From the NCBI GenBank assembly GCA_965222155.1, contig CBDCTH010000012.1, positions 2,080,001-2,144,000 of the forward strand: a stretch of 64,000 nt of DNA. Reading direction: 5' to 3'. How positions within the stretch are numbered: position 1 is the stretch's first letter; each line of letters begins with the position of its first letter. Under the pieces are notes generated by a model, which ran no database searches, had not been told where the DNA came from, and saw only the letters and a program-made list of their open reading frames with translations. Below are positions 28,531 to 38,016 of this stretch, in pieces. A program made the translations under genes and the position numbers. This DNA is from Gammaproteobacteria bacterium. GTDB lineage: Bacteria > Pseudomonadota > Gammaproteobacteria > Eutrophobiales > Eutrophobiaceae.

Positions 28531-28628
28531 TTCAACGCTGTTAATTACAATTTATATCTCAACCTGATTTTTTCTGTTTGCAGTAAAATATCCTTCAACT
28601 CATTTTATGACGTTGAGGGGGACCACGA

Positions 28629-28985
28629 TCAAGTTCGAGGGCTGGTAGAACCTTGTTTTTCGACTCCTCTATACCAGGTCTTAGACATATCCTCACTCAA
28701 AACCGGGGACACATCAGGGTTAATGCTTAGAACGTTCAGCCCAACCCGTGCAGCCATATTCACCAACTTATCGATGGTGAATTTGCTAATCCGATCATGG
28801 ACGAGTTCACTGACTCGTGAACGGGGTACCCCAAACCGCAGTGCGGCCTCTTTTTGAGTGATTCCTTCGCTGCGGATATAATTCGCCAGAATATCCATCA
28901 GTTGAGAACGGAGTTTGAGATTGGCAGATTCTCCCGGGCTGTCTGCAATTGCATCCCATACGCTCTGACAAGTATCAATCTTCAC
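28629..28985 (-). CDS. XRE/HigA-type HTH protein
   Basis: SVWDAI..NLKLRSQLM...ITQKEAALRFGVPRSRVSEL...KFTIDKL; GTGA overlap with the upstream gene. Confidence 0.85.
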   Translation of the reverse strand: MKIDTCQSVWDAIADSPGESANLKLRSQLMDILANYIRSEGITQKEAALRFGVPRSRVSELVHDRISKFTIDKLVNMAARVGLNVLSINPDVSPVLSEDMSKTWYRGVEKQGSTSPRT

Positions 28986-30742
28986 CGGCGCCTCCTGAAA
29001 CCAGGTCCGGTTGGCTCGTATTCCAATAGTGCTGACTTTCCGACCATCTCAATGAACCGTACTGTCCATTCAGATCCGTTGATATCGGTGAGACGCAAGG
29101 GCTGTTTAAGTTTGAAGTGTACCGGTTGCTGTTCTCCTTCATTTATCGCAATGTTGGTAGTGTAGAGATACATGCGGTCGAGGTTGTCAAGAATTGGGTT
29201 AAGCTGACCAGCTAAATCAGGTAAATGACCAGTCTGCTCCGGGAATATCTCGGAACCGCCCTGCGGCAGTGGTTCGAGTTCTACAGAGAGGGGCTCAGGT
29301 GGATGCCAATCACACTCAACATATGCGCTATGCTCTGGCGCCGCACAGAAGACGGTAATGGGTAGTTCTGAATGAAACCCAAAGGTAACCCGTCCGAACG
29401 CGTCGGTTTCTCCCCCCATCCAGGTCTTATTGGGATAAAGAGCTACGACTTTTGCGCCCGCAAGTGGTCTACCGGACACAAATACCGATACTTCTCCTTC
29501 GATGCCCGCTACCGGTGGATTGGCAGAAGGTATAGTCAACCATAGTTCCGCAACGCCGTTCAATTTGTATTCCGGGTCACGCCCGGTTAACTCCCGGGTC
29601 TGTTCGTAAATAATCGGCACACCTTCACCGCGTTGCTCAAGGAAATACTGCTGGTCGCCAGCGCCGGCGATGTCCCCCACCACGAGCATCCGCAGGTTTG
29701 ATGCAAGGGTTTCATTGCGAGTGGCTTGCCTGCTGCGCATCGCTTCTATGGGCAGGGTATTGGGCAGGGCACCGGGCGAATATAACTCAAGGCGATCATC
29801 GAAGATGAAGAGACGTATTTTCTCGTTATGAATCGAGTAGTCACGATGCACCACAGCATTAACAATGGCCTCAAACACAGATCGCGGACTGAATTGTGGG
29901 GTTTCCATACGCCCAGGGTCCTTGCGCGCTGCTACCCGGGTGTTAAGCCTGATGAAATTCACGGTGTCACGGATCTGCCGGTCTAACGAGCCGGTGATAG
30001 TCGACGCATCATGTTGGCTTGCACGGCCGAGCACTGTGCCGCGATAGCGAACAGCTTCAATCATGGCGCCTCTTATATATTTTTCCGGGTGAGCACAACA
30101 AAGTAAAATACCGGCGACCGTTGCACGTAGGCTACCGTTATCATCTTCCCGCATTAAACCCAGCTTTGTGAGTTGTACTATTTCGGTCTCAATGGCGCGT
30201 GAACTTAAAAAGCGGTCCACAAGACTTGCATCAAGCGTGTTCCGTCCGGTTCCAGCGATGATTGCTTCATCCGGGCCAAGCAAACCGGAACGACCCCGCT
30301 GTTGGAACAGCCGCTGTAGTGCCTCGGATGACAATTCACGCTTGGAACTCCCTTGTCTGACCAAATATCCGCCGGGACTCTTGTGAACCAACGCACTCTG
30401 TTCTACTTCAACAATAAGTACAGATGAATCATCAGGCAAAGCCAGTCGTTGAGTAATAATGTTCAGTTTTGGTCGGATACTATCTTCACAAATCTCGGTG
30501 ACGAAGGCTTCTAACGCATCCATCTGTTGCCGATTCATCGAACGCACATCACCGGAGTCGGACACGTTGAAAATCAACGTACCTCCTCTAGTGTTGCCGA
30601 AAGAGGACAACTCGTCTGCGACAGCATCCCGGTGTGGCGCACGAACGCGGTTCTTAGCGGTGAATTTGACTTCCTTGAACTCAACGCGGCTGTCCTCACC
30701 GAGTTTGAGTTGTTGTAACAAACTTTTATTATCCCAAGCCAT
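28982..30742 (-). CDS. Schlafen/AlbA_2 domain + HATPase_c_4 (GHKL) protein with extra beta-rich C-terminal domain
   Basis: GEDSRVEFKE, FGNTRGGTLIF, EAIVNAVVHRDY, DRLELYSPG, RN..LA, EQRGEG. Confidence 0.88.
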   Translation of the reverse strand: MAWDNKSLLQQLKLGEDSRVEFKEVKFTAKNRVRAPHRDAVADELSSFGNTRGGTLIFNVSDSGDVRSMNRQQMDALEAFVTEICEDSIRPKLNIITQRLALPDDSSVLIVEVEQSALVHKSPGGYLVRQGSSKRELSSEALQRLFQQRGRSGLLGPDEAIIAGTGRNTLDASLVDRFLSSRAIETEIVQLTKLGLMREDDNGSLRATVAGILLCCAHPEKYIRGAMIEAVRYRGTVLGRASQHDASTITGSLDRQIRDTVNFIRLNTRVAARKDPGRMETPQFSPRSVFEAIVNAVVHRDYSIHNEKIRLFIFDDRLELYSPGALPNTLPIEAMRSRQATRNETLASNLRMLVVGDIAGAGDQQYFLEQRGEGVPIIYEQTRELTGRDPEYKLNGVAELWLTIPSANPPVAGIEGEVSVFVSGRPLAGAKVVALYPNKTWMGGETDAFGRVTFGFHSELPITVFCAAPEHSAYVECDWHPPEPLSVELEPLPQGGSEIFPEQTGHLPDLAGQLNPILDNLDRMYLYTTNIAINEGEQQPVHFKLKQPLRLTDINGSEWTVRFIEMVGKSALLEYEPTGPGFRRRR

Positions 30743-30933
30743 GAAGTACAAATATCAGGAGTATTTACACGCCTGGAAAGCGAGAATCCGTCGGGCGGCA
30801 TCAAGCGAAGTGTACTTGTATAGAATCATGTCTGCATAGGTACTGATACCAGTATAAACGGTAACTCGCGGCCGTCCAACTCTACCTCAGCGGTCAGGAA
30901 GCCTATCAGGGTACCTGACTCTTTCACCCGCTT

Positions 30934-32151
30934 CTATTCCACTTCGGCGCCTGACTTATACCATTGATCGACAAGTCGGCGTTCTTCGCTGGTCATCTGT
31001 GTCAGGTTTGCCAACGGCATGGTCCTGGTGGTGACGGTTCTGTCATGAATACGTTGCGCCCATTGTCTGATTTGTTCCGGGGTGTCGAACATCACGCCGT
31101 TGGGCGCTACGGGCGCGGTGGGATGGTTCGGTTCAGCGGAATGACAGACATTACAACGCTGAACGATCACTTCATTCAGTCGGGAAAATGAAACAGGCTC
31201 TACGAGTTGAGCAGGTTTTATTACCGTATCCTGCTCCGGAATGGCCCTGGATTTAGGGGCAGCCAGGAACGCAACCACGGCAATAATGATAATCGCGATA
31301 ACGAGCAGAGCGGGCGCCGCCTTGCCCTGGTTGCGCAGGTTGAAGAAATGCCGGATCAATACCCCGACGATGAAGATGGCAATGAGCAGCAGCCAGTTGT
31401 ATTCATGCCCGTAGGTCATGGGATAGTGGGGGCTCAGCATAACGAACAATACAGGCAGGGTGATGTAGTTGTTATGCACGGAACGCTGTCTGGCCTTGAG
31501 ACCCGGTAACGGGTCCGGCTCTTCGCCGCGCTGTTTGGCCTGCACCAGTTCACGCTGGCCCGGAATGATGACCATGAGCACATTGGCGACCATAATGGTG
31601 CCCAGCATGGTGCCGATTTGAATATAAGCGCCGCGTCCGCTGAACAGCTGCGATACGATATAAACGGCGACAACCAGGAATAAAAAGCCGAGCAGCCCAA
31701 TCCAGGCGTCAGTCAAGCCGCTCCTGCATAGCAGGTCGTAGACGACCCAGGCCACTACAATGAAGCCGATACTGATACCAATGGCCATGCCGCCCGTGAT
31801 ATCGGCAACGGTTTTATCGACCAGGTACACATCGGCATTGACGTAATACATCACAACGAGCAAAGCAAACCCGGTCAACCAGGTGGCATAAGCCTCCCAC
31901 TTGAACCAGTGCAGAGGTTCGGGCAATTCTCCGGGCGCGACCTTATACTTCTGTGCGTGATAGAAACCCCCGCCATGCACTGCCCAGAGATCGCCGGCCA
32001 CCGCGTCGTCTTCCGGATCCCGGGGAGGGATATTAAGATTCGTATCCAGCCAGACAAAGTAAAAAGAGGAACCGATCCAGGCGATACCCACGATCAGGTG
32101 CGCCCAGCGCAACAACAGGTTCAGCCATTCCAGTATGTATGCTTCCATCAT
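30934..32151 (-). CDS. puuD: Urate hydroxylase PuuD (membrane domain + cytochrome c)
   Basis: RWAHLIVGIAWIGSSFYF, WFKWEAY, RSVHNNY, C-terminal CNVCH. Confidence 0.93.
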   Translation of the reverse strand: MMEAYILEWLNLLLRWAHLIVGIAWIGSSFYFVWLDTNLNIPPRDPEDDAVAGDLWAVHGGGFYHAQKYKVAPGELPEPLHWFKWEAYATWLTGFALLVVMYYVNADVYLVDKTVADITGGMAIGISIGFIVVAWVVYDLLCRSGLTDAWIGLLGFLFLVVAVYIVSQLFSGRGAYIQIGTMLGTIMVANVLMVIIPGQRELVQAKQRGEEPDPLPGLKARQRSVHNNYITLPVLFVMLSPHYPMTYGHEYNWLLLIAIFIVGVLIRHFFNLRNQGKAAPALLVIAIIIIAVVAFLAAPKSRAIPEQDTVIKPAQLVEPVSFSRLNEVIVQRCNVCHSAEPNHPTAPVAPNGVMFDTPEQIRQWAQRIHDRTVTTRTMPLANLTQMTSEERRLVDQWYKSGAEVE

Positions 32152-32156
32152 TTGAA

Positions 32157-32200
32157 TATCCGCAGATTACGCAGATTATCGCAGATAATTATCTGCGGAT
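32157..32200. repeat. Short palindromic element family C (supplies the xdhC stop codon)
   Basis: TATCCGCAGATTACGCAGATT...ATCTGCGGAT; same ends as 55355..55594. Confidence 0.75.
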
Positions 32201-33249
32201 TTTATTTTAAGCAATTGGGCGGCAACGGACACGGCAATAACGCCGGGTTCCTTTGATTCAATGCCGGGAATGCCGATGGGACAGGTCAGCCGTTCCAGTT
32301 GCCGTTCGTTCAGGCCTTTTTCACTTAGTCTCTGCACAAAACGCCGGTGTTTGGTTGCCGATCCGATCAAGCCGAGGAAAGCGAAATCATCCCTGCGCAA
32401 CAGGGCCTCACACAGGTCCTGGTCGAGTTGATGGCTGTGAGTCATGACCAGGCAATACGCTTGCCTGGACAGGCCATCGATTTCCGCGACCGGGTTATCT
32501 GTGAGCCGGGGCTCTACGTTGGACGGCAGTTCCTCCGGAAACTGCCCGGCGCGACTGTCTACCCAGGTGATGCTGCAGAGGGTGGCGCCAGCCAGGGCAC
32601 TCACCAGGGCGCGGCCCACGTGGCCGGCGCCGAACAGTACGACCTGGAAATCACAAGGTGAGATCACTTCGAAGAACAGGACATCCGATATATCCGGCAG
32701 GGTCGATTGCGTCTCGACCAGGGGGTGCAACAGGGAGGTTTCCGGCGCGCCCTGTGCGGACAGGAACGCGGCCGCTTTTGCTGTTGCGAGCTCGTCGAGG
32801 TTTTTATCGCCCAGGCTGCCCGTAATGCCTGCTTCCGTGAATATCATTTTCCCGGTAAGCGAAGTCCGGCTCACCAATAACGCGGGAGTGTTGTTTTGTT
32901 CGCTGGCTGCTGCGACGGATACCCAATCGGCCTGTCCGTATCTTACTACTTCAAAATGCAGGAAGACCGCGCCGCCGCAACATTGTTGCAGCATGGAACC
33001 AAGTGGAAATAATTCAATAACGCGTCGCGTACCCGGCATGTGTGGTTTATCCAGCCGGGACCGTGCAATGCGGATGGCTTCATATTCAAGATTCCCGCCG
33101 CCGATAGTACCTAATACCTGTGCAGGGGTCACGATCATGCGCGCGCCCGCCTCACGCGGCGCCGAACCGGCTATATGGGCAACCGTCACCAGTACACAGG
33201 GATGATTGCTGCTCACAACATCAAGCAGCGTCGAAAAGCAATTGTTCAT
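32176..33249 (-). CDS. xdhC: Xanthine dehydrogenase accessory protein
   Basis: GSAPRE, GTIGGGNLE, QCCGG, FGAGHVG, MTHSH, GLIGS, CPIG. Confidence 0.94.
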   Translation of the reverse strand: MNNCFSTLLDVVSSNHPCVLVTVAHIAGSAPREAGARMIVTPAQVLGTIGGGNLEYEAIRIARSRLDKPHMPGTRRVIELFPLGSMLQQCCGGAVFLHFEVVRYGQADWVSVAAASEQNNTPALLVSRTSLTGKMIFTEAGITGSLGDKNLDELATAKAAAFLSAQGAPETSLLHPLVETQSTLPDISDVLFFEVISPCDFQVVLFGAGHVGRALVSALAGATLCSITWVDSRAGQFPEELPSNVEPRLTDNPVAEIDGLSRQAYCLVMTHSHQLDQDLCEALLRRDDFAFLGLIGSATKHRRFVQRLSEKGLNERQLERLTCPIGIPGIESKEPGVIAVSVAAQLLKIKSADNYLR

Positions 33250-33266
33250 GTCAGTTGTTGATTTAA

Positions 33267-33389
33267 GCCACAGAGGGCACAGAGTGGATCGAGAATCTTT
33301 TTATTACATGGGTAGGCTGCGTGTTTATCAATTCATCCTGGTCGTCATTCATATTGTTTTTTCTCTGTGATCTCTGTGTCCTCTGTGGC
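33267..33389. repeat. Palindromic element family B, copy 2, flanked by TTAA
   Basis: ttaa-GCCACAGAGGGCACAGAG...CTCTGTGTCCTCTGTGGC-ttaa. Confidence 0.8.
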
Positions 33390-33419
33390 TTAAGCTGTTT
33401 TTCTCTGTGGCAAAAAACA

Positions 33420-35735
33420 TCAGTCTTGCTGCAACAACTCTTCAATACTGTTCAATACCTGCTCCGGGGTGGACGGCGCATGTAATATTGGCCTGACCTG
33501 ACCGGCGCGCAGTGCAGCTATGGCGTCTTTCAAGGCATGAAAAACCGATATGGCGAGCATGAGTGGCGGCTCGCCCACCGCCTTGGAGCGGTAGATCGTC
33601 TGTTCTCTGTTCCTGCCCCAGTCGATCAGTTCCACGTTGCATTCAGGCGGCCAGTCACTGCCGGTCGGGATTTTGTAGGTGGACGGGGCATGGGTCATCA
33701 GTTTCCCGGCAGAGTCCCACCACAACTCCTCACTGGTGAGCCAACCGGCGCCTTGCAGGAAACCGCCCTCCACCTGTCCCATGTCGACGGCCGGATTCAA
33801 TGACTCCCCGGCGTCGTGCAGGATATCCACGCGCAGTGTTTTATGTTCGCCGGTCAGGGTATCCAGCAGCACCTCGGTCACCGCCGCGCCGTAGGCGAAA
33901 TAGAAAAACGGGCGTCCGGTCAGGGTATTCGGGTCATAATCGATCCTGGGAGTGCGGTAATAGCCGGTGGAGGACAGGGAAATACGCGCCAGGTAAGCCT
34001 GGTTGGTCAACTCGGCAAAATCAATCAGCTTCCCGCCTGCCCGCACCCCTGCCGGTGTAAAGCAGACCTGCTCCTCCGCTACCCCATACTTTTGCGCGGC
34101 AAACCCGGTCAGGCGCTGCCTGATCACTACGGCCGCCGCCCTGGCGGCCATGCCGTTGAGATCACTGCCGGACGAGGCAGCCGTTGCAGAGGTATTCGGA
34201 ACTTTTCCGGTATTGGCAGCGGTACATTTTATCCTGTCCCGGTCTACCTGGAACTCCTCGGCTATCACCTGGGCGACCTTGGTATATAGTCCCTGCCCCA
34301 TTTCGGTCCCCCCATGGTTCAACATAATGCTGCCGTCGCGGTAAACATGCAGCAAGGCGCCTGCCTGGTTGTAGAACGTGGCAGTAAAGGAAATACCGAA
34401 TTTGACCGGCGTGAGTGCGATACCTTTTTTAAGGATGCTACCGGTAGCATTGAATTCCTCCACCTGCCGGCGCCTTTCCCGATAAGCGGATTTTTCTTCG
34501 AGTTCTTCCACCAACTCATGGATGATATTATCTTCCAACGTCATGCTGTATGGCGTTACGTTCCTGTCATCCTTGCCGTAGAAATTGATTTTGCGTACGT
34601 CCAGGGGGTCTTTATCAAGAAAACGGGCAATTTCGTCGATGACGTTCTCGATTCCCATCATCCCCTGGGGTCCGCCAAACCCCCTGAAGGCCACGTTTGA
34701 TGCCTTATGGGTCTTACAACGGTGGGAAGTAATCGTCACATGCTCCAGGAAATAGCAGTTGTCGCTGTGGAACATGGCGCGTACGTTAATGGGGCCTGAC
34801 AAATCAGCCGAACGCCCGCAATCGGAGGCCAGTTCCAGGTCGATACCCTTGATCAGTCCGCGCACATCAAAGCCGACCTTGTAATCGATGCGGAAGCCAT
34901 GGCGTTTGCCGGTAATGGTCATGTCATCATCACGATCCACCCGTAATTTTACCGGCCGGCCGGTTTTGTGCGCGCCGACGGCGGCAATCACGGCAAACAG
35001 GGCCGGCGTGGTTTCCTTGCCACCGAAACCACCGCCCATGCGCCGGCATTCAACCACCACGTCCTTCGAGGAAATATGCAATGCGTGGGCAACCAGATGC
35101 TGCACCTCCGTCGGGTGCTGGGTAGAGGTGTGGACCAGCATGGCGCCGTCCTCCCGGGGATATGCCGTGGTTATCTGCCCCTCCAGGTAAAAATGGTCCT
35201 GCCCGCCAACCCTCAAACGGCCCTGCAATTGATTGGCTGCTGCGGAAATTGCCGGTTCCGGTTGACCACGAACAATGGTCTGGGCAGGGAGCACGAAGGA
35301 TTCCTGCGCCATGGCGCTGTCTATATCCAGGATGGCCGGCAGTTCTTCATATTCGATGCTGGCCAGGCGTGCGGCCTTGCGGGCATTGATCACCGTATCG
35401 GCCAGTACGGCAAAAATGGATTGCCCCACATATTCGACGAGGCCATCTGCAAAAACGGGATCATCCGCCAGTATGGGACCGTGGTTGTTGGCGCCGGGAA
35501 TATCTTCCGCGCTGATGATTTCCACTACGCCGGGTGATGATCGGACCGCAGTGAAATCGATATGCCTGATCCGGGCATTGGCCTTGGTGCTGAAACCGAT
35601 AGCGGCATACAGCAGGCCCCTGGGCTCAGGCTGGTCGTCCACATATTCAGCCTCCCCGCTCACATGCAGGTGGGCGCTTTCATGGGGCAGCGCTGCGCCC
35701 ACACTAAAAATGTCTTTTTTATGAGTCATCGACAT
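33420..35735 (-). CDS. xdhB: Xanthine dehydrogenase molybdopterin-binding subunit
   Basis: QDHFYLEG, RRMGGGFGGKE, AFRGFGGPQG, SKAVGEPP. Confidence 0.96.
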   Translation of the reverse strand: MSMTHKKDIFSVGAALPHESAHLHVSGEAEYVDDQPEPRGLLYAAIGFSTKANARIRHIDFTAVRSSPGVVEIISAEDIPGANNHGPILADDPVFADGLVEYVGQSIFAVLADTVINARKAARLASIEYEELPAILDIDSAMAQESFVLPAQTIVRGQPEPAISAAANQLQGRLRVGGQDHFYLEGQITTAYPREDGAMLVHTSTQHPTEVQHLVAHALHISSKDVVVECRRMGGGFGGKETTPALFAVIAAVGAHKTGRPVKLRVDRDDDMTITGKRHGFRIDYKVGFDVRGLIKGIDLELASDCGRSADLSGPINVRAMFHSDNCYFLEHVTITSHRCKTHKASNVAFRGFGGPQGMMGIENVIDEIARFLDKDPLDVRKINFYGKDDRNVTPYSMTLEDNIIHELVEELEEKSAYRERRRQVEEFNATGSILKKGIALTPVKFGISFTATFYNQAGALLHVYRDGSIMLNHGGTEMGQGLYTKVAQVIAEEFQVDRDRIKCTAANTGKVPNTSATAASSGSDLNGMAARAAAVVIRQRLTGFAAQKYGVAEEQVCFTPAGVRAGGKLIDFAELTNQAYLARISLSSTGYYRTPRIDYDPNTLTGRPFFYFAYGAAVTEVLLDTLTGEHKTLRVDILHDAGESLNPAVDMGQVEGGFLQGAGWLTSEELWWDSAGKLMTHAPSTYKIPTGSDWPPECNVELIDWGRNREQTIYRSKAVGEPPLMLAISVFHALKDAIAALRAGQVRPILHAPSTPEQVLNSIEELLQQD

Positions 35736-35739
35736 TTGG

Positions 35740-35823
35740 ACATTTGGGGTCAGCGTAAAAATATATTTAGTTAAGTGGGCTTACTGATTTATAGCCGAGT
35801 ATTTTTACTCTGACCCCAAATGT
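35740..35823. repeat. Inverted-repeat element family D (supplies the xdhA stop codon)
   Basis: ACATTTGGGGTCAGCGTAAAAATA / TATTTTTACTCTGACCCCAAATGT, 24-bp IR with one mismatch. Confidence 0.8.
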
Positions 35824-37331
35824 TGCCAAATATTGGTGGACTCGACACCTGTTGTTTCAATATAGAAACGTTTTAACAGGTTGCCGGCCACGCACCGGCG
35901 GTATGCGGCTGAGGCGCGCATATCGGTTAACGGTTGATAATCCTCTACAAGGGCCTTTATTGCCGCTTCAACTGTTGCTTCATTCCAGGGCTGGTCGCGT
36001 AATGCGGCTTCGCAGTGTTTTGCCCGTTGCGGGACCGCCGCCATACCGCCATAGCAGATGCGCACATCGGCAACGACGTCTGCCTCAAGGTGCAGAAAAT
36101 AAGCGCCGCAGACTGCGGAGATATCCTGGTCATAACGTTTGGCAATCTTGTAGGAACGGAAATGTTTGCCGGCTCCCTGCTGCAAGGGAACCCGTACTGC
36201 CTGGACAAACTCGGATTGTTGCAAGGCATTTTCCCGGTAGCCCAGGTAAAATTCATCCAGGGGTAATTCGCGTACCTGTTTGCCGCGCCGCAGGACCAGC
36301 GTTGCGCCCAGGCTGATCAGCGCCGGCATCGTATCGCCGATGGGCGAACCATTGGCAATGTTGCCGCACAGGGTAGCGGCGTTGCGGATGGGAGGCGAGG
36401 CAAATCGGCGCATGATTTCATACAGATCAGGATAGTGTTTTCCCAGGACTGCAAAGGCATCGGTGAGACTGACCGCAGCACCGATTTCCAGCTGGTCTTC
36501 GGTTTCATCAACATAATCCAGTTCCCTGACCCGGCCCAGGTAGATAATTACGCCAAGCTCACGATATTGTTTGGTCACCCATAAGCCCACGTCGGTAGCG
36601 CCGGCCAGTATCGTGGCGTTGGGATAGCGCATCAATAAATCCGCCAGTTCGGACAGGCTTGCCGGAGCGAAATATTTATCCCGTACTACGATACGGGACC
36701 TGTCCGTTTCATCGGCGCGGGAATGACTGTGGGTAGATAACTCCAGGGAAACAGCGGGACGGATATCTTCAAGCCGGCGCGCCAGTTCCCGCTCATCGAC
36801 CAGGTCCTGCCCATAGCCGTACATGCTGCCCGCCGCATGGATGATAGGCCGATAACCGGTACAACGGCAAAGGTTACCGGACAGTGCGTCATCAATCTCC
36901 GCCCGCGTGGGGCCGGGGTTATTCTTATAGAGGGCAAACAGCGACATGACAAATCCTGGCGTACAGAAACCACATTGGGAACCGTGACAGTCCACCATGG
37001 CCTGCTGCACCGGGTGTAACCCCTGACTGCTGATCTGCTTCAGACTCTCCACGGTGTACAAAGCCTTACCGTTTAAGGTCGGAAGAAACTGGATACAGGA
37101 ATTGATGGAACGAAAGCGTACCCGTCCCGTGTCCAGATCGGCAACGACGACGGTGCAGGCGCCGCAATCCCCCTCCGCACAGCCTTCTTTGGCGCCCGTG
37201 CGTTGCAAATCCTCTCTCAGGTAATTCAATACGGTGGTCGTAGGAGCAACGTCTGCAACTTCATGCACATGGTTATCCAACAGGAAACGTATAGTCCCGT
37301 TAGCCGTGTCTTTATGGTTCGTCCCGGCCAT
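35805..37331 (-). CDS. xdhA: Xanthine dehydrogenase small subunit (2Fe-2S + FAD)
   Basis: GCAEGDCGAC, QCGFCTPG, GNLCRCTGY, AGATD, KRYDQDIS. Confidence 0.96.
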   Translation of the reverse strand: MAGTNHKDTANGTIRFLLDNHVHEVADVAPTTTVLNYLREDLQRTGAKEGCAEGDCGACTVVVADLDTGRVRFRSINSCIQFLPTLNGKALYTVESLKQISSQGLHPVQQAMVDCHGSQCGFCTPGFVMSLFALYKNNPGPTRAEIDDALSGNLCRCTGYRPIIHAAGSMYGYGQDLVDERELARRLEDIRPAVSLELSTHSHSRADETDRSRIVVRDKYFAPASLSELADLLMRYPNATILAGATDVGLWVTKQYRELGVIIYLGRVRELDYVDETEDQLEIGAAVSLTDAFAVLGKHYPDLYEIMRRFASPPIRNAATLCGNIANGSPIGDTMPALISLGATLVLRRGKQVRELPLDEFYLGYRENALQQSEFVQAVRVPLQQGAGKHFRSYKIAKRYDQDISAVCGAYFLHLEADVVADVRICYGGMAAVPQRAKHCEAALRDQPWNEATVEAAIKALVEDYQPLTDMRASAAYRRCVAGNLLKRFYIETTGVESTNIWQHLGSE

Positions 37332-37335
37332 GAAG

Positions 37336-37689
37336 TCAACTGCCGCGATAAGTGCTGTAGCTCCATGGTGAGACCAGCAGGGGAACATGGTAGTGTTCAG
37401 TGGTGGCGGCAATGCCGAAACGCAAGGTCACCCGATCGAGAAAAGGCGGTTCAGGCAACTCAACTCCCAAGGCAGTAAAATACTCGGCTACGTGGAATAC
37501 CAGCTCCCAGGCGCCCACCCTGAACGCTTCTCCATCGAGCATCGGCTCGGCGCAACGCCCGTTTGAATCGGTCGTTACGGTCTTCACCGGGGTACGCGTT
37601 TCACCGTCAATCGAAAACAACTCGACCGTCATGCCCGCGGCGGGCAAGCCATGCGCCGTATCCAGAACGTGTGTAGTCAGAAAGCCCAT
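37336..37689 (-). CDS. uraH: 5-hydroxyisourate hydrolase
   Basis: [15 protein letters not shown]-terminal YRGS. Confidence 0.96.
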   Translation of the reverse strand: MGFLTTHVLDTAHGLPAAGMTVELFSIDGETRTPVKTVTTDSNGRCAEPMLDGEAFRVGAWELVFHVAEYFTALGVELPEPPFLDRVTLRFGIAATTEHYHVPLLVSPWSYSTYRGS

Positions 37690-37740
37690 GTTACCAGCTA
37701 TCATAAACCATTATCTTTTGGAATCCAGCCAAACTGCGGG

Positions 37741-38016
37741 CAGGCTTGGATGAGCTTTTCAAGACTTGCTGTGAATACATCCCTGTACGTTCATTGCGTC
37801 CATCCTTGGGCGCAACCCTTCGGGCGGCTTACGCCGTGCAAATCGTCTATCCTGACGATTTGTTACCATCCGCTATCCCTGCGGATGATGGTCCTGACAA
37901 ATTTGTCTGGAACAAATTTGGACGTCCGCAGAACGCCCGTAGGGTGTGCGCCAGAGCCTGCCCCTGTATGGAGTTGAGCAGGGGGAAGGCGCACATTAAA
38001 AGCTCATCCAAGCCTG
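37741..38016. mobile_element. Composite MITE family E (276 bp, 19-bp TIRs; supplies the add stop codon)
   Basis: CAGGCTTGGATGAGCTTTT / AAAAGCTCATCCAAGCCTG perfect TIR; several internal hairpins. Confidence 0.82.
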
